Origin: an uncultured Nitrospinaceae bacterium
Lineage (GTDB): Bacteria; UBA8248
Length of the DNA: 64,000 nucleotides
NCBI GenBank assembly: GCA_964005815.1
Contig: CAXFSR010000013.1
Location: 23,722-87,721, forward strand
Direction: 5' to 3'
Each line of letters opens with the position of its first letter. The stretch's first letter is position 1. Made by a program: the position numbers and the translations under genes. The notes under the pieces were generated by a model that made no database searches, was not told the DNA's origin, and saw only the letters and a list, made by a program, of their open reading frames with translations. Of this stretch, positions 50,549 through 59,228 are shown in pieces.

Positions 50549-51307
50549 TTAAATATTAATCAAATCAATTACTTCTATTACATCCTTAATTTCAAAATCC
50601 GGACTTTCATCTTTTCCTAAAGATTTTTTGTCCCCTTTATTTAACCATACTGTTTGCATACCTACACTTTTTGCTCCAATTACATCCGCTTCAAATGTAT
50701 CACCAACAAAGAGTATATCGGAAGGATGTAGATTCAATTTCTTAGACAAATTCATGAAAACACTACCTCTAGGTTTACGATAACCCTCGTCTTCTGAGAT
50801 TACACAAACATCAAGAAACGGAAGAATGCCTGTTTTTTCTAAAATAGACATCGCTCCATTAGAATGGTCAAAATTACTCAACAAACCTAAAAGGAAACCA
50901 GAATCCTTAATTTTTTCCAACATCACAAGACGATTATTATAAAAAACAGTAGCACTCAAAAGAGTTTCCATATGTGCTTCCATTGCAATTTTTGCAGCTA
51001 ATTCTCTTTCATCATCTGTCAAATTAAGGAAACGACTAGAAAGACGTCTAAATCTATCTATTGACCTGATCTCGCGATTTTCAACATCTCTTTCTCTTTC
51101 TTCCCATACCATTTTGGAGATTTCTTGCCATATGATATGAAACGAAAAAAAATTGGGCAACTCAAATCCTTCTTGATAAAGCCTGTCATATGCATTTTTG
51201 GAAGTTGTTCGCTCCGTTCCTCCTTCAACTTCGACAACAGGCATTAGAGAAAAATCAAAATCAATTAAGGTATCAAACAAGTCAAAACAAACACTTTTAA
51301 TTTTCAA
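50549..51307 (-). CDS. HAD-superfamily hydrolase
   Basis: FDLFDTL, LLSN, RKP and FVGDTFEADV motifs. Confidence 0.88.
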   Translation of the reverse strand: MKIKSVCFDLFDTLIDFDFSLMPVVEVEGGTERTTSKNAYDRLYQEGFELPNFFSFHIIWQEISKMVWEERERDVENREIRSIDRFRRLSSRFLNLTDDERELAAKIAMEAHMETLLSATVFYNNRLVMLEKIKDSGFLLGLLSNFDHSNGAMSILEKTGILPFLDVCVISEDEGYRKPRGSVFMNLSKKLNLHPSDILFVGDTFEADVIGAKSVGMQTVWLNKGDKKSLGKDESPDFEIKDVIEVIDLINI

Positions 51308-51339
51308 AATAATCCTCGAGTTTAGTATTTCTGTTTCAA

Positions 51340-51843
51340 CTAATTGAACTCTGCATCTAAATCCATTTTTCTGTACGAACTTGCATAATAAAGAAGTGGA
51401 GCTTTAACATCTTCTTCAAAAAGTGCACGAGTTACTAAACCAACAAATATAGTATGATCTCCACCTGGCACCTCATTGAAAAGCTCACATTCTAATAAAC
51501 CAATATTTCCTTTTAAAACGGGTGTTGTGTTTTCCCCCATATCATAATCTAGCTCAGAAAATTGGTCCTCTGCATCTCGTCCCTTTCCCGCAAACCAATC
51601 TGAAAGATCTTTTTGTTTCTCTGCCAAAAAATTCACATTGAATTTCTTAGCATTTCTAATCATTTCCAGGCATGTTGCATTCTGATCAACACATACAAGA
51701 ATTAATGGGGGATCAAGAGAGACTGAAGAAAAAGCATTTGCAGTCATACCTCGTGAAGTTTCCCCATCATTTACTGTTACAACTGTCACCCCTGTAGCAA
51801 ACCTACCCAACGTATTACGAAAATGCTTTGGATCCATTGCCAT
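51340..51843 (-). CDS. Flavin reductase family protein (HpaC/RutF-like)
   Basis: FRNTLGRFATGVTVVT, SVSLDPPL, GDH and PLLYY motifs; ATG at 51843 after GGAGG. Confidence 0.93.
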   Translation of the reverse strand: MAMDPKHFRNTLGRFATGVTVVTVNDGETSRGMTANAFSSVSLDPPLILVCVDQNATCLEMIRNAKKFNVNFLAEKQKDLSDWFAGKGRDAEDQFSELDYDMGENTTPVLKGNIGLLECELFNEVPGGDHTIFVGLVTRALFEEDVKAPLLYYASSYRKMDLDAEFN

Positions 51844-51874
51844 AAAATCCTCCATATACAATGAGATAAATTAT

Positions 51875-52588
51875 TTATGCGTTCAGAACAGCAATTGCCC
51901 TAATTGGAGAACCTGATCCACCCTTTATTTTTAAAGGCAATCCAATATAGAGAAACTCTTTTCCAACAACTTTTTCAATATTGTATAGATTTTCAGTATT
52001 CGTCCTTCCCAATTCACGACAAACTAGATGACATGGGTATTCCGGACTATGGGCCATATCCATACTGGGAGCGTCAGTACCTACGTTTAATGCTCCACAT
52101 TCTTTATAAACGTATTCAGCAGCATCTCTTGTCCAACCCGCATAATGGGTTGTATACGTTTTGTTAGGATAGTGCCTATTGTAATGACCATATGTAAAAA
52201 GGAGAGTATCTCCTTCTTTAATTTCCAAATTATAGTGCTGTAATCTCTCTTTTACTTTTTCAGCATCTATATAACTATTGTCTTCAACATCTTCAAAATC
52301 AATTGCAATTCCTCTGCTATAAAAAAAATTAAAATCCATTTCATCTATATGCTTTGCTGTAGGAGATGGATCAAGATGACTTATTGAATCAACATGTGTT
52401 GGTCCATGTTCACACATCTGAATAATACCAGAGTAATAACTCATTTCACTTTCAAATCTACCGCTGGCTGCACTTTCTTCGTGAGTCATATTTGTCCAAC
52501 GCCAAGTATCAGGATGGCCTACAAAAACAGGCATGCCTGAAAAAATGGGTTGAGTAAGATCTACTATCTCATGATTTTTATATCCCAT
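51875..52588 (-). CDS. Cyclase family metal hydrolase (KynB-like)
   Basis: VDLTQP, HGPTHVDSISH, VGTDAPS, TENL and LPLKIKGGSGSPIRAIA motifs. Confidence 0.9.
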   Translation of the reverse strand: MGYKNHEIVDLTQPIFSGMPVFVGHPDTWRWTNMTHEESAASGRFESEMSYYSGIIQMCEHGPTHVDSISHLDPSPTAKHIDEMDFNFFYSRGIAIDFEDVEDNSYIDAEKVKERLQHYNLEIKEGDTLLFTYGHYNRHYPNKTYTTHYAGWTRDAAEYVYKECGALNVGTDAPSMDMAHSPEYPCHLVCRELGRTNTENLYNIEKVVGKEFLYIGLPLKIKGGSGSPIRAIAVLNA

Positions 52589-52631
52589 ATCTTATCCTCC
52601 TGATTCGAATGGTTTCTAATTATTAATAATT

Positions 52632-52661
52632 TTGAGTTTATTTAACGCTTAATGATATAAT
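52632..52661 (+). promoter_or_regulatory. Putative sigma70 promoter with extended -10 for mocA-like/ADH genes
   Basis: TTGAGT, 18-nt spacer, TGnTATAAT in the divergent intergenic region; AT-rich background lowers confidence. Confidence 0.4.
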
Positions 52662-52761
52662 TTATCAATTCAGTGATGGTATTATGTTTTAAATTTAAGA
52701 ATATGTCTCTTTATAATTTGCAAAAAACATATCTAACTTAATCTATTACAGACAAAAAAAG

Positions 52762-53379
52762 ATGGATACTCCAAATAAAATTTCGATTATTATTCTTGCT
52801 GCAGGCCTTTCTGAAAGATTCAAAGGAAATAAACTTCTTGTTAAAATAGATGGAGTTCCTCTAATACGCAAGACAGTAGAAATTTACCTTGAGACAAATC
52901 CCTATGAAATTATTGTTGTTGTCGGATACGAACAAGATAAGATCAAATCCGCACTTAAAGGATTAAAGATAAAATTTGTCTTTAATAAAAAATTTAAAGA
53001 AGGTCAGGGTTCAAGTGTAATTACAGGTATTCTTTCGACTAATAAAGATTCAGACGGTTATTTATTCGGCTTGGCTGATCAACCTTTTGTTTCTAAAGAA
53101 ACAATTAACAAGCTTATTGACTCATTCTATATAGATGGAAATGTAAGAACACTAATTGTTGCGCCATTTCAAGAAGAAAAGAGAGGGAATCCAGTGCTTT
53201 TTTCCTCTCAACTTCGAGACAAATTGCTAAAAATCGTCGGAGACAAAGGAGCGCGTGATATTTATAAAAAAATAAACGACAAATTCCCTCTGGCAATCAA
53301 AAAAGTTAAAGTGAAGGAAATTAATACTTTTTATGATTTTGACACAAAACAGGATTTTGAAAATTATGGAATAAATTAA
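52762..53379 (+). CDS. MocA/YgfJ-like nucleotidyltransferase (molybdenum cofactor cytidylyltransferase family)
   Basis: ILAAGLSERF..NKLL, LADQP, GNPVLF, GDKGAR and DFDT motifs. Confidence 0.85.
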   Translation: MDTPNKISIIILAAGLSERFKGNKLLVKIDGVPLIRKTVEIYLETNPYEIIVVVGYEQDKIKSALKGLKIKFVFNKKFKEGQGSSVITGILSTNKDSDGYLFGLADQPFVSKETINKLIDSFYIDGNVRTLIVAPFQEEKRGNPVLFSSQLRDKLLKIVGDKGARDIYKKINDKFPLAIKKVKVKEINTFYDFDTKQDFENYGIN

Positions 53380-53415
53380 AAGATTCTTATTTAAGAAAAA
53401 AATGGAAGGAAAAAA

Positions 53416-54579
53416 ATGAATCTCAACTTTGAAATCGCATCAGGAACAAAGGTTATCTTTGGACGCCAATCTATTTTGAAATTAGGAGAAGAATGCACAA
53501 AATTAGGAATGAATTCTCCGATGCTTCTAACTGATCCAGGTTTAAAATCTAGTGGTGCTATTGATATTGTTTTTGAGAGTCTTGATAAAGCAAAAATTAA
53601 TTTTCAACTCTACGATAAAGTTGAGGCCAATCCATCAGACACTAGCATTGTAGATGCAAACCATAAATTCATAGAAACAGGCTGCGATAGTTTCATAGCT
53701 GCTGGTGGGGGAAGTACTATGGATACCGCAAAAGCTGTATCTGTTTTATACGCAAACGGAGGAAAACTTAGTGACTGGTACGGAATAGGTAATATTTTAA
53801 AATCAAGCCCTCCTTTAATAAGTATACCTACTACAGCAGGAACTGGCAGTGAAGTCACAAATAGTTCAATTGTAACCGACACAAAACTACAGATAAAAAC
53901 AACAGTGAGAAATGACACTATGTTCGCAAATATAGCTATTGTTGATTCTTCTCTACTTGCCAAATTGCCAAAAGAACTTGCTGCAGGCGCACTAATGGAT
54001 GCATTAACTCATTCAATAGAATCTATTGGATCACCAAAATCATCTCCCTGGACAGAAGCACTGGCAAATAAATCAATAGAATTGATTGGAAGATATGCTA
54101 GGAAATATGTAGATGACAGAAGTGTTGAAGAATCTGCTGACGCAATTTCCCTTGCCGCGACTCTTGCAGGGAGGGCATTCGGTAACACTGGACTTGGGAT
54201 AGTGCATTCACTTGCCCACCCTTTAGGTGCCTACCATCAATTACATCATGGAACTGCTAACGGAATTTTTCTACCTTCTGTAATGAAATTCAATTTGCCA
54301 AAAATGAAGAAAAAATATGCAGAGATAAATACCTTGCTATCCAATGATACTAATAATTTTAAAAACCAAAGTGAACTTGAACGAGCAGAAGATACTATCA
54401 GAAAAGTTGATGAATTAGCTCGTGATATAGAAATACCTAAAACATTGAGAGAACTTGATATTACAAAGAAAAATTTAGATGTAATGTCAAAGGATGCAGT
54501 AGAAAGTAATCAAGTAAAAACAAATCCTGTCCCAGCTACTGAAGATGATTTAAAAAAATTGTATGAGCAACTTTTATAA
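53416..54579 (+). CDS. Iron-containing alcohol dehydrogenase
   Basis: GGGSTMD, PTTAGTGSEVT, DALTH, HSLAH and HG motifs. Confidence 0.93.
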   Translation: MNLNFEIASGTKVIFGRQSILKLGEECTKLGMNSPMLLTDPGLKSSGAIDIVFESLDKAKINFQLYDKVEANPSDTSIVDANHKFIETGCDSFIAAGGGSTMDTAKAVSVLYANGGKLSDWYGIGNILKSSPPLISIPTTAGTGSEVTNSSIVTDTKLQIKTTVRNDTMFANIAIVDSSLLAKLPKELAAGALMDALTHSIESIGSPKSSPWTEALANKSIELIGRYARKYVDDRSVEESADAISLAATLAGRAFGNTGLGIVHSLAHPLGAYHQLHHGTANGIFLPSVMKFNLPKMKKKYAEINTLLSNDTNNFKNQSELERAEDTIRKVDELARDIEIPKTLRELDITKKNLDVMSKDAVESNQVKTNPVPATEDDLKKLYEQLL

Positions 54580-55326
54580 AAAAACTCTTAAAAATCTATA
54601 GGAGAGAGGTCCAAAATATTTACATAAACTTCTAGCAATTAAGATAAGTATTTTTTTATCCAAAAAATGTTTTTTATTTACGAAAACTAAATCATGCTGC
54701 AATAATTTAGGACTTCTAGCAATAGCTATAAAACCTTCTTTTTCTAACAAACCTAAGACCTCGTGCTTAGTTTTTTGGTTTTTCCAAACTTCCTCTGTCT
54801 CCACCTCAACATGAATAAAACTAACTATATCTTTCACTTTACTTAGGCCATTTAAAACTTCATATGCACCACCTTCTACATCTATCCAAAGTGCTATCTG
54901 TTTTGGAAGAGTGTGCAAACTCAATACAAAGGAATCAACTCTTGTAGATTGGACTCTTACAATTTCATGCCCTCTGCTAATTTCATCCGTTCTTACTCTT
55001 GTAGAACTAACCCCACCATGTCTGTTATCCCTGCCTTCCTGTTTTATAAATTTTTCTTCTTCATAGAAATCTATCTCTCCATCAAAATCTGAAACTGCTT
55101 TATTGATAATAGAAATATTTAGTGAGTCAAAAATAGGGTTATCTTGCATTTTCTTGAAATTTGATGAATTAGCCTCAAAAGAAACTACTTGAGATTCAGG
55201 AAGCAAATTTATCATTCTAATTGCATCTCTTCCATCTAAACTTCCGATATCAAAAATTAAATCGGGCTTAAAAATAAATAATAAACTATTGAAAAGATAT
55301 TTTGTTCTTTTCAATACTGTTTCCAT
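54574..55326 (-). CDS. FkbM family methyltransferase
   Basis: FDIGSLDG, SFEAN, WIDVEG and HVEVE motifs; GAGGAG RBS. Confidence 0.85.
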   Translation of the reverse strand: METVLKRTKYLFNSLLFIFKPDLIFDIGSLDGRDAIRMINLLPESQVVSFEANSSNFKKMQDNPIFDSLNISIINKAVSDFDGEIDFYEEEKFIKQEGRDNRHGGVSSTRVRTDEISRGHEIVRVQSTRVDSFVLSLHTLPKQIALWIDVEGGAYEVLNGLSKVKDIVSFIHVEVETEEVWKNQKTKHEVLGLLEKEGFIAIARSPKLLQHDLVFVNKKHFLDKKILILIARSLCKYFGPLSYRFLRVFL

Positions 55327-55448
55327 ATTAATCTCCTCTTTTTTTACAATAAGAACTCATTAGCTTAGAATATAGGACACAAATTAACGAATTTAAAACT
55401 TCGAACTTATAATTTTTATTTCAAAAAAAATGAAGGGCTATCTTATAA

Positions 55449-55967
55449 ATGGGAATTGGTAAAATAATTATTTCAAAGGAATCTATAAAAAAAAGAATTA
55501 TTTCACTTTGTAGAGAACTTGAACAAACAACTTTTTCGCAATCACTACACGTAATTGTTATTTTAAAAGGAGCTGCTTTTTTTGCCTCAGATCTTTTAGC
55601 AAACCTAAAAAAGGAAACAACTTTAGGATTTATAAAAGCCTCAAGCTATGGGGGAAAAACAAAAAGTTCCGGAAAAATAAAATTAAATATTTTAGAAATG
55701 GGCACTATAAAGAACAAAAATATCTTATTAATAGACGATATATTAGATACCGGTCAAACTCTAGAAGCAGTAAAAAAAGCAATTGTTAAATATGGCCCGA
55801 ATTCAGTTAAGACATGTGTACTTCTTGATAAACCCTCACGACGAATTGTAGACTGCAATGCGGATTACGTGGGTTTTCAAATAGAAAATGTCTTTGTAGT
55901 CGGTTATGGACTAGATTTTAATAACAAACATAGACATCTTGGTGATATACATACATTTACTCCATAA
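55449..55967 (+). CDS. hpt: Hypoxanthine phosphoribosyltransferase
   Basis: ASSYG, LLIDDILDTGQTL, LLDKPSRR and FVVGYGLD motifs. Confidence 0.92.
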   Translation: MGIGKIIISKESIKKRIISLCRELEQTTFSQSLHVIVILKGAAFFASDLLANLKKETTLGFIKASSYGGKTKSSGKIKLNILEMGTIKNKNILLIDDILDTGQTLEAVKKAIVKYGPNSVKTCVLLDKPSRRIVDCNADYVGFQIENVFVVGYGLDFNNKHRHLGDIHTFTP

Positions 55968-55997
55968 AAACATGTATTTACGGAAACCTTTTCAGAG

Positions 55998-56906
55998 GTG
56001 AAAATGTCAAAAAAAAATAAAATTACAATTGTTGAAGTTGGCACAAGAGATGGCATGCAGATTGAAAAAAAATTCATTTCGACAAAAAAGAAAATTAAAA
56101 TTGTGGATATGATTACTAACTCCGGCATTCAAAGAATAGAAGTAACAAGTTTTGTAAGTCCAAAACATGTTCCTCAATTATCAGATGCAAAACAAGTCAT
56201 GGAAAATATAAATAGAAAAGACGGGGTGGAATACGAAGCACTAGTTCCAAATTTAATAGGTATGGAAAGAGCTCTAGAATGTGATTTAGATAGAATCAGT
56301 TTTTTTGTATCAAGCAGCGAAACTTTTAATAATAAGAACCTAAGAGCTTCGCGTTCGGAGATGATAAAGAAATCAAAAGAGATTGCTAAAATTGCAATAG
56401 AGAACAAAATAAAAATACGTGGCTCAGTAGTGACTGCATTCGGTTGTCCTTACGAAGGAAGCATACCGTTTGATTCCCTAGAATGGGTGATTAAGGAATA
56501 CCTAGAGATGGGCTGCGACGAAATTTGTTTAGCGGATACAGTTGGAATGTCTAATCCCGAACATGTTAAAGATATTACTGAAAGAATGAGAAATATTGCT
56601 CCAGACGTTCAATTTGCACTCCATTTTCATAATACTAGGGGTTTGGGACTTGCAAACGTTTATGCAGGCTTAAAAATTGGGATTAAAACTTTTGACTCTT
56701 CAGTAGGTGGACTTGGTGGTTGTCCGTTCGCACCAAAAGCAACAGGAAATATAAGTACAGAGGACACGGTTAATATGCTCCAAGAAATGGGATATAACAC
56801 AAATATTAATCTTGAAAAAATTATTCGAGTGGTATCATACTTAGAAAAAACCCTATCCCGTCAATTGCCAGGACAATTACTCCACGCTGGAAAACCCAAA
56901 TGGTAA
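55998..56906 (+). CDS. Hydroxymethylglutaryl-CoA lyase family (DRE-TIM); start may be the ATG at 56004
   Basis: EVGTRDGMQ, TSFVSPKHVPQ, LADTVG, LHFHNTRG and GGCPFAPKATGNISTED motifs. Confidence 0.9.
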   Translation: MKMSKKNKITIVEVGTRDGMQIEKKFISTKKKIKIVDMITNSGIQRIEVTSFVSPKHVPQLSDAKQVMENINRKDGVEYEALVPNLIGMERALECDLDRISFFVSSSETFNNKNLRASRSEMIKKSKEIAKIAIENKIKIRGSVVTAFGCPYEGSIPFDSLEWVIKEYLEMGCDEICLADTVGMSNPEHVKDITERMRNIAPDVQFALHFHNTRGLGLANVYAGLKIGIKTFDSSVGGLGGCPFAPKATGNISTEDTVNMLQEMGYNTNINLEKIIRVVSYLEKTLSRQLPGQLLHAGKPKW

Positions 56907-56953
56907 ATTAATAAAAAATTATTTTCATAAAAAGATGACTTGTTTAATAATAA

Positions 56954-56969
56954 ATATTGTATACAATAT
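56954..56969. promoter_or_regulatory. Perfect 16-bp palindromic operator ATATTGTATACAATAT (GntR/FadR-type) overlapping a putative -10 TACAAT
   Basis: Self-complementary sequence read directly, 26 nt upstream of the carboxyltransferase ATG; candidate -35 TTGTTT at 56940-56945. Confidence 0.75.
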
Positions 56970-56995
56970 ACCAAATTTTAAAAGAGAGAAATTTT

Positions 56996-58540
56996 ATGGA
57001 AGATAATTTAGATGAACTCAGAAATGTCTTGAGTAATGCCTCCATGCATGGTGGAAGTGCCTCAGAGGCAAAACAACATAAACAAGGCAAATTAACTGCT
57101 AGAGAAAGAATTTCCTTCTTACTAGACGAAAATACTTTCTCAGAATTAGGCTTATTAATGGAATCTAGATCTTTTGATTTTGGGATGGATTCTAAGAGGA
57201 TTCCAGGAGATGGAGTAATAACTGGAAGTGGAACAATATCTGGGCAAAAAGTTTTTATTGGAGCACAAGACTTTGGCACACTTGGAGGTTCACTCGGAGA
57301 AATCCATGCACAGAAAATTATACGTATTCAGAAATTAGCTTTGCAAGCTGGAGTTCCAATAATTTTAATTCTTGATTCAGGGGGAGCGAGAATACAAGAA
57401 GGAGTTTTATCCTTACATGGATATGCTCAGATTTTCAGATTGAATACCTTATCCTCAGGAGTTATTCCCCAAATTTCTATTATCCTTGGTCCATGTGCTG
57501 GAGGTGCAGTTTACTCTCCTGCAATAACAGATTTTATTTTTATGGTAGAAGGCATCAGTAAAATGTTTATTACAGGACCTGATGTAATTAAAGCAGTCAC
57601 AGGAGAAGAAGTTACTTTTGAAGATCTAGGTGGAGCAGAAGTACATTCTAAAAAAAGTGGAAATGCTCATTTTACATCTAAGAATGAAAAAGATTGTTTT
57701 AATTTAGTAAAAAAATTACTGTCATTTTTGCCATCGAATAATATAGATAACGGACCAATTGCAGAAGTTCCAGAATCTAATGCTGAGGAAAATATAGTTC
57801 TAGATAAAATCGTACCCACTTCCTCCACACAATCTTATGATGTAAGGGAAATCATTTCAAATATTTTCGATAATGGAGACTTTTTAGAAGTTCAATCAGA
57901 ATTTGCTAAGAATATAGTAGTCGGTTTTGGAAGATTAAAAGGAAATTCAGTCGGCATTATAGCAAATCAGCCCGCTCACCTTGCAGGCGTTTTAGATATA
58001 GATAGTTCAGACAAACTGGCACGTTTTGTTCGGTTTTGCGATTCATTTAACATTCCTATTATTAATTTTGTTGACGTACCTGGATATTTGCCCGGAACAC
58101 AACAAGAATATGGAGGTGTGATTCGTCACGGAGCAAAAGTCCTTTTTGCGTATAGCGAAGCAACAGTTCCTAAAATTGCCGTTATTGTTCGTAAAAGTTA
58201 CGGTGGAGCTTATATAGCTCTTAGTGGTTTAGGTCTTGGATATGATTATGTTTTTGCTTTTCCTACTGCCGAAATTGCCGTAATGGGACCAGATGGAGCA
58301 TCTAATATTATTTTCCGTAGAGAGATAGAAGAATCTAATAACCCTGAGAAAACTAGACAAGAAAAAATAAAGAATTACAAGGAACTTTTTGCTAAACCTT
58401 ACACTGCAGCAAAACAAGGTTTTGTAGATGCCATAATAGAACCAAGACATACGAGAAGGGAACTTATTAATTGTCTTCAAATATTATCTACAAAAAAAGA
58501 AAGTCGGCCAAATAAAAAACACGGGAACATCCCTCTTTAA
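56996..58540 (+). CDS. mmdA: Acyl-CoA carboxyltransferase, methylmalonyl-CoA decarboxylase alpha / PccB-like
   Basis: GKLTARERI, DSGGARIQEG, GPCAGGAVYSPAITD, FVDVPGYLPG and KKHGNIPL motifs. ATG at 56996 chosen; the track's TTG lies inside the palindrome. Confidence 0.88.
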   Translation: MEDNLDELRNVLSNASMHGGSASEAKQHKQGKLTARERISFLLDENTFSELGLLMESRSFDFGMDSKRIPGDGVITGSGTISGQKVFIGAQDFGTLGGSLGEIHAQKIIRIQKLALQAGVPIILILDSGGARIQEGVLSLHGYAQIFRLNTLSSGVIPQISIILGPCAGGAVYSPAITDFIFMVEGISKMFITGPDVIKAVTGEEVTFEDLGGAEVHSKKSGNAHFTSKNEKDCFNLVKKLLSFLPSNNIDNGPIAEVPESNAEENIVLDKIVPTSSTQSYDVREIISNIFDNGDFLEVQSEFAKNIVVGFGRLKGNSVGIIANQPAHLAGVLDIDSSDKLARFVRFCDSFNIPIINFVDVPGYLPGTQQEYGGVIRHGAKVLFAYSEATVPKIAVIVRKSYGGAYIALSGLGLGYDYVFAFPTAEIAVMGPDGASNIIFRREIEESNNPEKTRQEKIKNYKELFAKPYTAAKQGFVDAIIEPRHTRRELINCLQILSTKKESRPNKKHGNIPL

Positions 58541-58558
58541 CATTAAGGACAAAATATC

Positions 58559-58849
58559 GTGGATTCAGTTTTAACTGAAGGAATAAAATTAACGATTACT
58601 GGGACAGTATTTGTTTTTCTGTCACTTTTTTTTCTATGTTTTATGATCAAAATTTTTAATTTTTTTCTAGCTGAAAGCAAAAAAAAAGAAGTGATAGAAA
58701 ACGACTCAGATACTACTCTCATCATTTCAGCATCAGTCGCATACTTCTTAGAGCATACAAATGAAGAAATCTTTATACCAAAAGTTCTCAGAGAAGAATC
58801 AAATTGGCAACTAAATTCTAGGATATACCCTCTTATTTCTGGTGAATAA
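58559..58849 (+). CDS. mmdD: Na+-decarboxylase delta subunit (OadG/MmdD family)
   Basis: Single N-terminal TM (GTVFVFLSLFFL), IISASVA and SNW motifs; position between alpha and the biotin carrier. Confidence 0.75.
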   Translation: MDSVLTEGIKLTITGTVFVFLSLFFLCFMIKIFNFFLAESKKKEVIENDSDTTLIISASVAYFLEHTNEEIFIPKVLREESNWQLNSRIYPLISGE

Positions 58850-59228
58850 ATTGAAAAAGTTTACATTAAGAATCAACAACAAAGAATATAAAATTCAAGC
58901 TGAGAGACTTGAGGAAGCAGAGAAAATCAAAGTCAACATAGATGGTATTGACCATGTCGTTGAAATACTAGAAGAAAGTGAACAATCAAATAAAAATCAA
59001 ATTGCATCTCATTCTCCTAGAAACATAAAATCACCACTACCGGGAGAGGTCCTTTCTATCGAAGTGACTGTGGGTGAAATAGTATCTTCTGGAACGAAAT
59101 TATTAGTCTTAGAAGCAATGAAAATGGAAAATATAATTACCGCGGAAACAGATGGCAAAATCTCAGATATTTTAGTGAGTAAAGGTGACAAAGTAGAAGC
59201 TGGACAGGAGCTAATTAAAATAGAATGA
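58842..59228 (+). CDS. mmdC: Biotin carboxyl carrier (gamma subunit)
   Basis: IKSPLPG and LEAMKMEN biotinylation motif. Confidence 0.88.
   Translation: MNKLKKFTLRINNKEYKIQAERLEEAEKIKVNIDGIDHVVEILEESEQSNKNQIASHSPRNIKSPLPGEVLSIEVTVGEIVSSGTKLLVLEAMKMENIITAETDGKISDILVSKGDKVEAGQELIKIE

Noticed and set aside
56996..59228. ATP-dependent acetyl/propionyl-CoA carboxylase or an autotrophic CO2-fixation module
   Set aside because: No biotin carboxylase is present, and the delta and Na+-pump beta subunits indicate a membrane decarboxylase.
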